64,000 bases of DNA from an uncultured delta proteobacterium (GCA_963797235.1 CAWCOX010000009.1:205158-269157); one strand, 5' to 3'; counted from the first letter of the stretch, positions 18,726-28,007 are shown. Made by a program: numbers and translations. Notes: generated by a model from the sequence alone, not told the origin.

Positions 18726-19232
18726 TTGAGACGGCCATTTTTTTGTAAGCGCCCCGTCTGGTGGTTCCTGGTGCTGGCCCTGCTAGCGCTGTGGATGCTG
18801 CCGGGGATCGCCCTGGGGGAAACTATGAAGGTCACCCAGCCCAATCAGTCCCTTTATCCGGATCCGGACTTTGCCGGCACGCCCATCGCGACAGTGCCAG
18901 CGGGGGCTGAGGTCAATGTCCTGCAGCAGAAAGGCGACTGGTACAACGTGGAGTACCAGGGCAAGAGCGGCTGGCTGAATCGCCAGGCCTTCCCCGCCCC
19001 GGCGACCGGCTCTAAATTCGGTCTGCCCTCAATGCTGTTCGGGGCCCCGGTGAAGGAGAGCAGCAGCGACGAAGCGGCCCTGGCCGGCAAGGGCTTCACC
19101 CCGGAAGTCGAGTCTTCCTACAAGCAGAAGCATCCGGAGATGAAGTTCGCCGAGGTGGACAAGGTGGAGTCTTATAAGGTGGATGCCGCGACGCTCCAGA
19201 CCTTCATCAAGGAAGGAGGGCTGAAGCCATGA
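18726..19232 (+). CDS. Secreted SH3b-domain protein
   Basis: TTG start with AAGGAGAG SD. Signal peptide WWFLVLALLALWMLPGIALG. SH3b-like VNVLQQKGDWYNVEYQGKSGWLNRQAF. Its stop overlaps the next ATG (ATGA). Confidence 0.6.
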   Translation: MRRPFFCKRPVWWFLVLALLALWMLPGIALGETMKVTQPNQSLYPDPDFAGTPIATVPAGAEVNVLQQKGDWYNVEYQGKSGWLNRQAFPAPATGSKFGLPSMLFGAPVKESSSDEAALAGKGFTPEVESSYKQKHPEMKFAEVDKVESYKVDAATLQTFIKEGGLKP

Positions 19233-20107
19233 TGAGCCAGAGGCGCTGGATAGCCATGATTCTGCTGGTGGCCTTGCCCGGCGTGTGGGGTTGCGCCGCC
19301 GCTTCCATGAGTATGATCCCGGGAGCCGTCAGTATTGCGTCAACGGGGGCAACCAAGGCGGCCAAGGCCTCCCATGAGATCAATGATTCCGAGGAATACT
19401 ACATCGGTCGGGCGGTAGCGGCCCGCGTCCTCGGCCAGTATCCGCTCTACCAGGACACCAAGGTCACCGAGTACGTCAACGAAGTGGGCCAGACAGTGGC
19501 CCGGAAGTCGGCCCGGCCCAACACCTTTAAGGGCTACCACTTCGCGGTGCTGGACACCAACGAGATCAATGCCTTTGCCTGCCCCGGGGGCACCATCTTT
19601 ATCACCCGGGGCCTGCTGACCACCTGCGCCAATGAAGATGAACTGGCCGCGGTCCTGGCCCATGAGTGTTCGCACGTGGCCAACAAGGACGGTATCAACT
19701 CCATCAGCAAGGCCCGCTGGACCGAGGTGTGGACCGCCATGGGGACCGAGGCCGCCAAACAGTATGGCGGGGTGGGGGGCAATCTCGTCACCCTATTTGA
19801 GGGCTCCATCGATGACGTCTTCAAGACCATCGTGGTCAACGGCTACAGCCGCACCGCCGAAGAGGCCGCCGACGCCGGGGCGGTGACGACCCTGAGCCGG
19901 GCCGGCTATGATCCCGGGGCCCTGGCGTCCATGTTGAAGAAGATGCTGGCCAAGGAGAAACCGGGCGCTCCCAGCGGCATCTATAAGACTCATCCGCCCA
20001 CCAGCGAGCGTCTGGCCAAGGTGCAGGCCGAAGGTGGCAAAGAGCAGGCGGCGTCGCCGGCCGAGGCCAAGCGGACCCAGCGGTTCAAGCAGGCCGTGAA
20101 GGGCTGA
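19229..20107 (+). CDS. M48-family zinc metalloprotease (periplasmic or lipoprotein)
   Basis: HECSHV (HExxH) zinc motif. N-terminal LLVALPGVWGCAA lipobox-like signal. Translationally coupled to the SH3b gene. Confidence 0.8.
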   Translation: MMSQRRWIAMILLVALPGVWGCAAASMSMIPGAVSIASTGATKAAKASHEINDSEEYYIGRAVAARVLGQYPLYQDTKVTEYVNEVGQTVARKSARPNTFKGYHFAVLDTNEINAFACPGGTIFITRGLLTTCANEDELAAVLAHECSHVANKDGINSISKARWTEVWTAMGTEAAKQYGGVGGNLVTLFEGSIDDVFKTIVVNGYSRTAEEAADAGAVTTLSRAGYDPGALASMLKKMLAKEKPGAPSGIYKTHPPTSERLAKVQAEGGKEQAASPAEAKRTQRFKQAVKG

Positions 20108-20138
20108 GGCAGACCCTTAATTGCCCAGCACACCAGCG

Positions 20139-20170
20139 GGTGGTCCGGGTAGCCGGGCCACCTGTTTTTT
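20139..20170 (+). terminator. Rho-independent terminator after the M48 protease gene
   Basis: 10-bp stem ggtggtccgg/ccgggccacc with a GTAG loop, followed by tgTTTTTT. Confidence 0.75.
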
Positions 20171-20468
20171 GGTTTCCAGTTTTCCAGTTACCGAGATAAC
20201 GGCTTGCAGTAATATTTTGCCGGGAATAGACCGACCCGAAGCAATGACCTCTGCGACCGGTCGCACGCCCCTTCGGACTCAGCTCTCGCCATAAAACTGA
20301 CAAAATTGTCCGCAATGCCGCTGTCTTTATTACATCATTGTATTATTTAGGTGCCACGCGGGGCTGGGCCACAACCCGGAGATGGAGATGGTATCTAATA
20401 AATCAGTAATAATCATAAGTTAATCACTGAAGCCCTGACAGGCATATTTCTTGCTTTTAGTTTAGGGC

Positions 20469-22016
20469 ATGGATGCCGACCTTAAAGAACTCCAGATCCA
20501 AGTCATCTTTGAAATTGGCCAGATTCTCGGCCAGGCCCAGAATCTGGATCAGGCCCTGGAGTCTATCCTCGGGGTCCTGTCCAAGTCCCTGACCCTGAAA
20601 TATGCCGGGGTCACCCTCAAAGACCCTGAAACCGGCGAACTGCGCTGCCGGGCCTCTCGGGACCTCGTCCCTGAGGGCCAGCCGCGGCCCGATTGCCGGC
20701 CGGGGGAAGGGATTACCGGGCTGATCCTGGGGACCGCCCAGCCATTCATCATGCCGGTCATGGGCCAGGAGCCCATTTTTCTCAATCAGGCCCGGGCCCG
20801 GCATCTCCACAAGGAGCAAATCGCCTTTATCGGCGTCCCCATTATGCTGCACGGCTCCCCCCTGGGGGTCCTGAGCGTGGATCGCCTCTTCGGGGAAGAG
20901 GTCTCGCTGGAGGAAGACCTCCGGCTGCTGGGCATCGTGGCCGCGCTCATGGGGCAATTTGTCTTTCTTGCGCGGCAGGGCCGCCTCTGGGAAGAGGGGC
21001 CGCCCCCCGGGAATCTCCCCTTGAATCCGGAACTATCGGAGGATTCCAGGAATTTCTTCATCGTGGGTCAAAGCCCCGCCATCCTGGAGGTACAGCAACT
21101 CCTCAAAAAGGTGGCTCCGGGTCGCGCCCCGGTCCTGCTGACGGGAGAATCCGGCACGGGCAAGGGCTTGATTGCCCGGGTGATTCACGAACTGAGTTCC
21201 CGGGCCCGCTACCCGTTCCTGAAGATCAACTGTGGCTCGCTGCCGGAAAACCTGCTGGCCGCCGAGCTTTTCGGTTATGAGAAGGACGCCCTCCCCGGGA
21301 CCGTCAAGGCCCGGCCCGGCCGACTGGAAGAAGCGGACGGCGGCACCATGGTCCTGGAGGAAATCGGGGAGTTGTCCCTCAGCCTGCAGGCCCGGCTGGT
21401 GCGCTTCCTGCAGGGGATGGAATTTCGGCGTCTGGGCAGCAGCCGACCCCGGAAGGTGGACGTCCGCCTCATCGCCGACACCAGCGAGGATCTGGCCGAA
21501 ATGGTGAAGTCGGGCGCCTTCCGGGAGGACCTCTATTATCTGTTGGGCCATACGCCGGTGCGGGTGCCGCCCCTGCGCGAGCGGCGTCAGGACATCGCCC
21601 TGCTGCTGGACCACTTCCTGGACAAGGTTTCCAAGGAATACGGCCGCCGGTTTTATCTAACCCAAAAGTCCCTGGAAGTTCTGGAGGATTACGCCTGGCC
21701 CGGCAATGTCCGGGAAATGGAGAATCTGGTGGAACGCCTGTGCATCGTGGTGGAAGGGGCTGAGATCGGCGTCAAAGACCTGCCCTCCTATCTGGCCCCG
21801 GTGACGAAGGGACAGGCCGCGGACCAGGCCTTTCTATCCCGCTTGAAAGAGATGGAAAAGCGGGAGATCCTGGCGGCCCTGGAGCGCAACCGCTGGATTC
21901 AATCCCAGGCGGCCATGGACCTGGGCCTGACCTTGCGGCAGATCGGTTACCGGGTCAAACAGTTCGGTCTGGAGAAGCTCATCAAGGAGCAGCGCGGGCA
22001 GGCGCGGTCGGTGTAA
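20469..22016 (+). CDS. Sigma-54-dependent transcriptional activator (GAF-AAA+-Fis HTH, NifA-like architecture)
   Basis: N-terminal GAF. Walker A LTGESGTGKG, Walker B MVLEEIGEL, ELFGYEKDALPG loop region. C-terminal HTH NRWIQSQAAMDLGLTLRQIGYRVKQFGL. Confidence 0.85.
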   Translation: MDADLKELQIQVIFEIGQILGQAQNLDQALESILGVLSKSLTLKYAGVTLKDPETGELRCRASRDLVPEGQPRPDCRPGEGITGLILGTAQPFIMPVMGQEPIFLNQARARHLHKEQIAFIGVPIMLHGSPLGVLSVDRLFGEEVSLEEDLRLLGIVAALMGQFVFLARQGRLWEEGPPPGNLPLNPELSEDSRNFFIVGQSPAILEVQQLLKKVAPGRAPVLLTGESGTGKGLIARVIHELSSRARYPFLKINCGSLPENLLAAELFGYEKDALPGTVKARPGRLEEADGGTMVLEEIGELSLSLQARLVRFLQGMEFRRLGSSRPRKVDVRLIADTSEDLAEMVKSGAFREDLYYLLGHTPVRVPPLRERRQDIALLLDHFLDKVSKEYGRRFYLTQKSLEVLEDYAWPGNVREMENLVERLCIVVEGAEIGVKDLPSYLAPVTKGQAADQAFLSRLKEMEKREILAALERNRWIQSQAAMDLGLTLRQIGYRVKQFGLEKLIKEQRGQARSV

Positions 22017-22024
22017 AAAGACTT

Positions 22025-22150
22025 ACCACAAAGGACACCAAGAGCACCAAGTTTCACCAAGAGAAGGAAAATCCCCCTGGCGCTTTCAAGCGCCAGGGGG
22101 ATTACTTGTTCCTTGGTGGTTCTTGGTGTTCTTGGTGCCTTGGTGGTGAA
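22025..22150. repeat. Composite palindromic element: CACCAAG-type heptamer-array arms around a GC hairpin core
   Basis: Left arm accacaaaggacaccaagagcaccaag..caccaagag. Core tccccctggcgc-tttcaa-gcgccaggggga. Right arm ccttggtggttcttggtgttcttggtgccttggtggtg. Sibling at 42598-42720. Confidence 0.85.
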
Positions 22151-22167
22151 TCTCTATCCTCCCGCCC

Positions 22168-23883
22168 TCATCCCAGGGCGTTGAGTTGCAAGGTGATGGG
22201 TTTGGTGTCGGCACAGGGGCCGCTGAACTGGATGGGCCCCGGGAAGCGATAATGGTCCTCCCGGGCCCACTTCTCCCGTTCCCGGGCCAGGAGGCGGAAG
22301 GCATTGGAGTCCAGGTCCACCTTCTGTTTGGCGATGACCAGCTCCAGGCGGCCCTTGCGCTCCTCCAGGTGCATCAGGGGAGGCAGGGGGATGCCGATGG
22401 GCTGCCAGTCCGCCGCCGGTTTATGCAGGTCCTTAATAGCCGCCATGTAGCCGGTGGCCCCATTGGCCAGGAGGGCGTAGGCGGCGTGGCCCAGGTTGTA
22501 ACAGTAATCGCAGTCGAACTGGGTGGGGAAGGTGCCCCGGCCGTCATAACCGTAATAGTGGTTCTGGGTGCGAAAGATCCCCTTGTAAATCCCCTTGGCC
22601 TTTTGTTTGCGCAGGTAAGTGGCCACCATCTCCAGCATGATGCGTTCGGTGTTCACCAGGGAGAATGGGAAGTTGCCGTGGCTGTCCCGGGACAGCAGCA
22701 GGCCCTTCTGGAGCAGGGAGGGAAAACCGAGGAAGACCCGGCTGTCGTAGTCCCGCCAGATGTCGTTGTTATCGATGAGCTGCACCTGGTCTTCGTAGGA
22801 GAGCTTGTGGAAATCCTCCCCTTCGTGGGCCTCGCGGTCGTAGGCCGCAATGATGTAGCTGATCTTGATGATCAGGACATTGATTTCGTGGATGAACTCC
22901 AGGATGCCTTCGGGGATCAGGATGGTGCCGTAATTCATCCCCCGCCGGCCCCGTTCCACGATGACATCGGCGATGAGACGCACCACCTGGTGGATGGTCA
23001 GCTCGTTCTCTTCGATCTCCTCGCCGATGAGGATGACATTGGGATGGGTCTGGAAGGCCACCTCCAGGGCGATGTGGGAGGCGCTGCGGCCCATGAGGCG
23101 GTTGAAGTGCCAGTATTTCAGATCCGACTTGCAGTCGGAATTGAGGTTGCCGATCTCGGTGGCAAAGGCCATGCAGGCGGAATGGTACCCGAAAGGCGCC
23201 TGCAACAGCCCCGGAACCTGGAGGTCGCCGTCGATGGTCTTGGGGATGCCGATGACCTGGGTGCCCAGGTCGCGCAGATTTTCGGCCAGGAAGGCGGCAT
23301 TGGTGTTGGAGTCGTCGCCGCCCACCACCACCAGGCCGTCCAGCTTCAGGGCGGCGCAGGTCTGCCGGCACTGCTCCATCTTCTGGGGGGTGTCGATCTT
23401 GTCCCGGCCGGTGCCCAGCATGTGAAAGCCGCCGGAGTTTTGGTAATGGGCCACCATCTCGCCGGTCACTTCCAGGTGCTTATTGGTGATGATGCCCTTG
23501 GGTCCGGCCTGGAAGCCGATGAGGACGCTGTCGGGATGGTCCTTTTTGGCCGCCTCGAAGAGCCCGGCAATGACGTTGTGGCCGCCCGGGGCCGGGCCGC
23601 CGGAGAGGACGATGCCCAGGCGCCGGGGCTTGGGGGCCGCCTGGCCGCCGGGGGTGATTTCCAGCAGTCGGTTCCGGCTCACGAAGGGCAGTTGCTCCCG
23701 GGCTACCTTGATGACCTCAAGTTCGAAGCCGTCCAGGGGCCGGGTGAGCCCGGGGCCCGCGGCCAGGGCCGGGCAAAGCTGGGGTTGATAGGCCCGGCGC
23801 TCTTCCCGGAACCGGCTTTCGTTACCCAGCAGATAATCCTCTTGCGCTTGAATTGATCCGCCAGTCTGGGGCTTCGCGGCCAT
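22168..23883 (-). CDS. pfp: Pyrophosphate-dependent phosphofructokinase (long PPi-PFK)
   Basis: GGDDSNTNA (Asp typical of PPi-PFK), PKTIDGDL, MGRSASHI. I prefer ATG 23883 (AGGAGA SD) over the ORF-track start at 23964, which reads through a repeat element. Confidence 0.85.
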   Translation of the reverse strand: MAAKPQTGGSIQAQEDYLLGNESRFREERRAYQPQLCPALAAGPGLTRPLDGFELEVIKVAREQLPFVSRNRLLEITPGGQAAPKPRRLGIVLSGGPAPGGHNVIAGLFEAAKKDHPDSVLIGFQAGPKGIITNKHLEVTGEMVAHYQNSGGFHMLGTGRDKIDTPQKMEQCRQTCAALKLDGLVVVGGDDSNTNAAFLAENLRDLGTQVIGIPKTIDGDLQVPGLLQAPFGYHSACMAFATEIGNLNSDCKSDLKYWHFNRLMGRSASHIALEVAFQTHPNVILIGEEIEENELTIHQVVRLIADVIVERGRRGMNYGTILIPEGILEFIHEINVLIIKISYIIAAYDREAHEGEDFHKLSYEDQVQLIDNNDIWRDYDSRVFLGFPSLLQKGLLLSRDSHGNFPFSLVNTERIMLEMVATYLRKQKAKGIYKGIFRTQNHYYGYDGRGTFPTQFDCDYCYNLGHAAYALLANGATGYMAAIKDLHKPAADWQPIGIPLPPLMHLEERKGRLELVIAKQKVDLDSNAFRLLAREREKWAREDHYRFPGPIQFSGPCADTKPITLQLNALG

Positions 23884-23899
23884 CTGAGTCTCCTGTTTC

Positions 23900-23940
23900 C
23901 ATTCGCCGAGGTGTAGCGCCGGCGCCCTCGCCGGCGAATG
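23900..23940. repeat. GC-rich palindromic element containing TGTAGCGCCGGCGCCCTCGCC
   Basis: The 21-mer at 23912-23932 recurs as an exact reverse complement at 36508-36528. Confidence 0.8.
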
Positions 23941-23978
23941 AACCGCCGGGGGCGGCGGTTCCACATTTTCTAAATCCC

Positions 23979-24653
23979 CTACGCCATTAATTCCCGCAGC
24001 CGCCGCACGTTGGCGGCGACGTCGCCGTTCCCGCCGTAGATGCCGGAGCCGGAGACCAGGACGTCGGCCCCGGCGGCCGCGATCTCGGCCACGGTTTGGG
24101 TGGACACCCCGCCGTCCACCTCGATAAGCACCGGCAATTTTTGCTGGTCGATCAACTGCCGCAACTGCCGCACTTTGGGAAGAACGCCCCGGATGAACTT
24201 CTGACCGGAGAAGCCGGGGTTCACCGTCATCAAGAGGACCATGTCCACTTCCGAGAGCACGTATTCCAGGTGGTCCAGGGGGGTGGCCGGATTCAGGGTC
24301 ACGGTGGCCCTGGCCCCCAGTTCCTTGATATTTTGGATCAGGCGCTCCAGGTGGACGGTGGCCTCCACGTGAATGCCCAGCCAGTCGGCGCCGGCGTCCA
24401 CGAAATCTTTGACGTAGCGCTCCGGGTTCTCAATCATCAGGTGGACGTCCAGGGGAAGTTTGGTGGCCTTCCGGATGGCCTCGGTCACCGCCGGTCCGAT
24501 GGTGATATTGGGGACGAAATGGCCGTCCATGACATCCACGTGAATCCAGTCCACCCCGGCCTGCTCGGCCAGGTGAACCTGCTCCGCCAGGCGGCCGAAA
24601 TCGGCAGAGAGGATGGAGGCAGAAAGTTTTTTCAGGTTTTTCATAATTTTCAT
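23979..24653 (-). CDS. rpe: Ribulose-phosphate 3-epimerase
   Basis: 224 aa. HVDVMDGHFVPN, the VNPGFSGQKF motif, and ..EVDGG. Confidence 0.9.
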   Translation of the reverse strand: MKIMKNLKKLSASILSADFGRLAEQVHLAEQAGVDWIHVDVMDGHFVPNITIGPAVTEAIRKATKLPLDVHLMIENPERYVKDFVDAGADWLGIHVEATVHLERLIQNIKELGARATVTLNPATPLDHLEYVLSEVDMVLLMTVNPGFSGQKFIRGVLPKVRQLRQLIDQQKLPVLIEVDGGVSTQTVAEIAAAGADVLVSGSGIYGGNGDVAANVRRLRELMA

Positions 24654-25052
24654 AATTTTCGTAAAAGGTCAGGTCTCCGGGGCTGGGGGATATGGAGAAG
24701 TTACCCCCAATGCCCGGCAAAAATCAAGGGGGAAAGTTAGTCCGGCTGAAGTTCGTGGGTGCCAAAATACCCCGACTAACGTTAAAAAACCGGATTTAAG
24801 ATAACCTTTAAAGGGCCCTTTGGAGCAATATTGTGCCGGCGTCCGAAAAATTACCGCAAGTTTTTCCGCATAGATATCTGATTTTGCTAACTTTGTATGG
24901 TCAATGGCACGCGGTTTGGCCGCACCGGCACCGCTAAAGTACCGCTGCTATGCCGCTTAGACGCCATTTGGTCCGGAGGTAGAGCGGTAAATTTTCCAGT
25001 GAAGCTACCCTGAGAGGAGCGAACTTTCGAGAAAATCATCGACAATTGACCC

Positions 25053-26093
25053 TTATTCAGTCGGATGAAATTCAGCCGCGCCATGGTTGGCCGGCTTGCC
25101 CCGCAGCAGGTCCCAGGCGGCTCTGCCGGCCTTATAGACGAAGATGGGGCCGCCCACGACCAGATACCAATAAAAAGTGAAGGCGCGCCAGACCAGCAGG
25201 GTAAAGGCCATGGCCTGGGCGTCCATGAAGTGCCTCATGGAGGCGGCATAGCCGGCCTCTTCGACGCCGCCGCCGCCGGGGAGGAAGGAAGCCTGGCCAA
25301 CCAGGTGCAGCAACGCCTGGCTTAAGAGCAGGTAGGCGGCGGGCACGCTTTGATGCACCATGTCGATCACCAGAAGCAGGAGAAGGTAGCGGGGCAGCCA
25401 GTAATTAAAGGTGATCAGGAAGAGAGCCAGCCGCTGAGGCCACGACATCTGGCGCAGGAGGCGGAGGGCCCGGAGGAAATCCACCGTGGCCCGGCCCAGC
25501 CGCCAACGGCGTTGGGCCAGCCAGGGGACCCTCACTAGTTGGCGGCCGATAAACCCGCGCATCTGGCGATGGTGGCGCACCAGGCTCCAAAAGGCATAGA
25601 TGCCAATCGCCTCCACCGACAGGCACAGACCCACCAGGCGCAGATTGTGGTAGGTCCAGCCACCCTGGAGGAGCTGGAGGAAGCCGGCGGCGGGCATGAT
25701 CATGGCGTAAAGGGCCAGGTCCGTCACCATGATGAGGCCCACCATGCCCGCGGCCCGGCCCAGGCGCAGCCCCAGGCGATTAAACAGGAAGGCATAGGTG
25801 GCGGCCATGCCCACTGCCCCAGGGGTGGTGACCCCGGCGAATTCGGCAGAGATGGTAATGAGGGCCGCGTCCCGGAAGCCCACCTCCCGGCCGGCGAAGC
25901 TCAGGAGAAATTGGGCCCTGAGGGCGTTAAAAGCCCAGCTGACCAGCTTGAGGAAGATGAGCAGGAGGATGGCCCCGATGGTAAGGCGGTGCAGCAGCCT
26001 GAACTGAGCGAGGCCGCCCAGGGCCAGGGGGGCGGCCAGGCTGAGACCGAGGCTGACCAAGAGCAAAAGAAGCCATGTTTTTCTGGTTGACAT
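25053..26093 (-). CDS. Polytopic membrane protein, lysyl-phosphatidylglycerol-synthase TM-region/flippase-like (UPF0104-like)
   Basis: 346 aa, about 8 TM, PGGGGVEEAGY motif near the C-terminus as in LPG_synthase_TM-family proteins. Confidence 0.55.
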   Translation of the reverse strand: MSTRKTWLLLLLVSLGLSLAAPLALGGLAQFRLLHRLTIGAILLLIFLKLVSWAFNALRAQFLLSFAGREVGFRDAALITISAEFAGVTTPGAVGMAATYAFLFNRLGLRLGRAAGMVGLIMVTDLALYAMIMPAAGFLQLLQGGWTYHNLRLVGLCLSVEAIGIYAFWSLVRHHRQMRGFIGRQLVRVPWLAQRRWRLGRATVDFLRALRLLRQMSWPQRLALFLITFNYWLPRYLLLLLVIDMVHQSVPAAYLLLSQALLHLVGQASFLPGGGGVEEAGYAASMRHFMDAQAMAFTLLVWRAFTFYWYLVVGGPIFVYKAGRAAWDLLRGKPANHGAAEFHPTE

Positions 26094-26120
26094 ATGGTTT
26101 TGGCGTTACCGTGAAAACTT

Positions 26121-26192
26121 CAAATCCCCCTAAATCCCCCTTTTTCAAAGGGGACTTAAAAACCCCGTTGGAAAAAAGGGCAGGGGGAATTG
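26121..26192. repeat. AAATCCCCCTAAATCCCCC/GGGG hairpin element
   Basis: caaatccccctaaatccccctttttcaaagggga...ccccgttggaaaaaagggcaggggg. Sibling at 40526-40616. Confidence 0.8.
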
Positions 26193-26366
26193 CCACCTCG
26201 GCGGGTGGCCAATATTGGCCAAGAACGTTAAGCTTGCCCAGGGCTAGAAATCATTGGCGCTCAGGCTAAGCCCCGGCTAGATTTAAGGGTTAACCTGTAG
26301 AACCGCCATCCGCCGCGGTTCAGGAGGCGGCGAGGGCTCCAGCCGACTGGTTGACCGGGGTTCTCC

Positions 26367-27785
26367 TCAGTCCTGGTCCCATTGGGCGTGGAAGGCGCCG
26401 GGGCCGTCCAGGCGTTCGTAGGTGTGGGCTCCGAAGTAATCCCGCTGCGCTTGAATCAGGTTGGCCGGCAACCGGGCGCTGCGGTAGGCGTCGAAATAGG
26501 CCAGGGTCATCATCAGCCCCGGGGCAGGCAGGCCCAATTCGGCGGCGAGGACCACCACGTCCCGGAGATCGCGCTGCCGCGCCTGGAACTCCCGGGCCAG
26601 CTTGGGGTCCAGGAGCAGGTTGTTCAGGTCGGGCCTGGCCCGGAAGGCCGCCCGGATTTCCTCCAGCAAGGCGGCCCGGATGATGCAGCCGCCGCGCCAG
26701 ATACGGGCCACCGTCTCCAGATCGAGGCCATAATCGTAAGTGGCGGAGGCCTTTTTGAGCAGGGCCAGGCCCTGGGCGTAAGTGGCGATCATGCCGGCGT
26801 AGAGGGCGTTTTGCAATTTTTCCAGCAAGCGGGCCCGATCGCCGCTGAAGGCAATGTCCGGGCCTTTCAAGACCTGGGCGGCGGCCTGGCGCTCGCCCTT
26901 GTAACCGGACAGGTCGCGCAGCACCACGGCGATGTCGATGGTGGGGGTGCCCACCTGTAGGTCCATGGCCTCCCAGGAGGTCCACATGCCGGTGCCTTTT
27001 TGCCTGGCTTCATCCCGGATCTGGTCGACGAGCGGCTGGCCGGTCTTATCGTCCTTCTTTAAGAAGATGCGGGCGGTGATCTCCACCAGGAAGGAGTTCA
27101 GCTCCGTGGCGTTCCAGGCGGCAAAAACGCCGTGCAGTTCTTCCGGAGTCAGGCCCAAACCGCGGTTCATCAGGTCGTAGGTCTCGGCGATGAGCTGGAT
27201 GAGGCCGTATTCGATGCCGTTATGGACCATCTTGACGTAGTGGCCGGCGGAGCCCGGTCCCAGGTAGGCGACGCAAGGATCGCCATCGACCTGGGCCGCG
27301 GCAGCCTCCAACACGGGAGCGACCCGATCGTAGGCCTCCCGGGCGCAACCGGGCATCAGGCTGGGACCGTAGCGGGCCCCGGCTTCGCCTCCGGAAACGC
27401 CCAGGCCCATGAACCAGATGCCTTTAGCCGCCAGGGCCCGGGCCCGGCGGCCGGTGTCGATGAAATGTGAATTGCCGCCGTCGATGAGCAGGTCGCCGTG
27501 GGCCAGGAGCGGGAAAAGTTCCCGGATGACGGTGTCCACCGCCTCTCCGGCTGCCACCATGATCAGAATGGCCCGAGGCCGGCGCAGGGACCGGGCGAAT
27601 TCTTTCAGCTCAGAGCCGGGGCGGATATCCCGAGGTCCCACCTCCTGGGCCATGAATTCCCGGGTCTTGGCGGCGGTGCGGTTGTACACGGCCACGGGGA
27701 ATCCATGGTCGGCAAAATTCAGGGCCAGGTTGCGACCCATGGTCCCCAGGCCGATGACCCCGATCTCACATCCCGGTTTGGGCAT
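26367..27785 (-). CDS. gnd: 6-phosphogluconate dehydrogenase (decarboxylating)
   Basis: 472 aa. N-terminal Rossmann IGVIGLGTMGRNLALN. Full-length conserved 6PGDH C-terminal domain. Confidence 0.9.
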   Translation of the reverse strand: MPKPGCEIGVIGLGTMGRNLALNFADHGFPVAVYNRTAAKTREFMAQEVGPRDIRPGSELKEFARSLRRPRAILIMVAAGEAVDTVIRELFPLLAHGDLLIDGGNSHFIDTGRRARALAAKGIWFMGLGVSGGEAGARYGPSLMPGCAREAYDRVAPVLEAAAAQVDGDPCVAYLGPGSAGHYVKMVHNGIEYGLIQLIAETYDLMNRGLGLTPEELHGVFAAWNATELNSFLVEITARIFLKKDDKTGQPLVDQIRDEARQKGTGMWTSWEAMDLQVGTPTIDIAVVLRDLSGYKGERQAAAQVLKGPDIAFSGDRARLLEKLQNALYAGMIATYAQGLALLKKASATYDYGLDLETVARIWRGGCIIRAALLEEIRAAFRARPDLNNLLLDPKLAREFQARQRDLRDVVVLAAELGLPAPGLMMTLAYFDAYRSARLPANLIQAQRDYFGAHTYERLDGPGAFHAQWDQD

Positions 27786-27795
27786 AAGAACATCT

Positions 27796-27836
27796 CCAGT
27801 GAGCGGTGAGCGGTGCAGTGAGCAGTAAAACCAAGG
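27796..27836. repeat. GTGAGCGGT/GTGAGCAGT array ending ..AGTAAAACCAAGG
   Basis: ccagtgagcggtgagcggtgcagtgagcagtaaaaccaagg. Related copies at 47503-47540 and 56083-56114. An inverted partner lies at 27971-28007. Confidence 0.75.
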
Positions 27837-27970
27837 CTGCCTGGCTCTCGGGCGCTCCGATCTATTTTCATAAAATAAGCAAGTCTGCCAATTTCAAAAG
27901 CGGCCAAGCCGCTCAACTAAACAAAGCGAAGCAGCCACCCCGGTCCTCTCAAGCCCGATGGAAAGCCGGC

Positions 27971-28007
27971 GCTACTGCTTACGGCTCGCGGCTTACTGCT
28001 TACTATT
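27971..28007. repeat. Inverted partner array (CTTACTGCT units), overlapping the tal stop codon
   Basis: gctactgcttacggctcgcggcttactgcttactatt is the approximate reverse complement of the 27796-27836 array. Confidence 0.65.

Noticed and set aside
20440-20455. Sigma-54-like motif aGGCATatttcTTGCT just upstream of the sigma-54 activator gene.
   Set aside because: The GG-N10-GC spacing is correct. However, the -12 element is only ~14 nt from ATG 20469, which leaves no room for a 5' UTR or SD, and the -24 half is weak. It is not reported as a promoter.
22025-22150. Heptamer arrays (CACCAAG, ACGCAAAG, GTGAGCAGT, GACGGGA) considered as possible CRISPR or other spacer-repeat arrays.
   Set aside because: The units are 7-9 nt and directly abutting. 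There are no unique spacers of 25-40 nt and no cas genes. The arrays come in inverted pairs forming hairpins.
24905-24920. TGGCACGCGGTTTGGC, a sigma-54 -24-like hexamer on the plus strand in the rpe-upstream gap.
   Set aside because: The -12 region reads TTGGC, with GC one position off. There is also no plus-strand gene downstream.
24960-24995. GGTCCGGAGGTAGAGCGG resembles the SRP (4.5S) RNA GGUCCGGAAGGAAGCAGCC core.
   Set aside because: The flanks do not form the conserved helix-8 pairing or symmetric loop, and I could not build a complementary 5'/3' stem.
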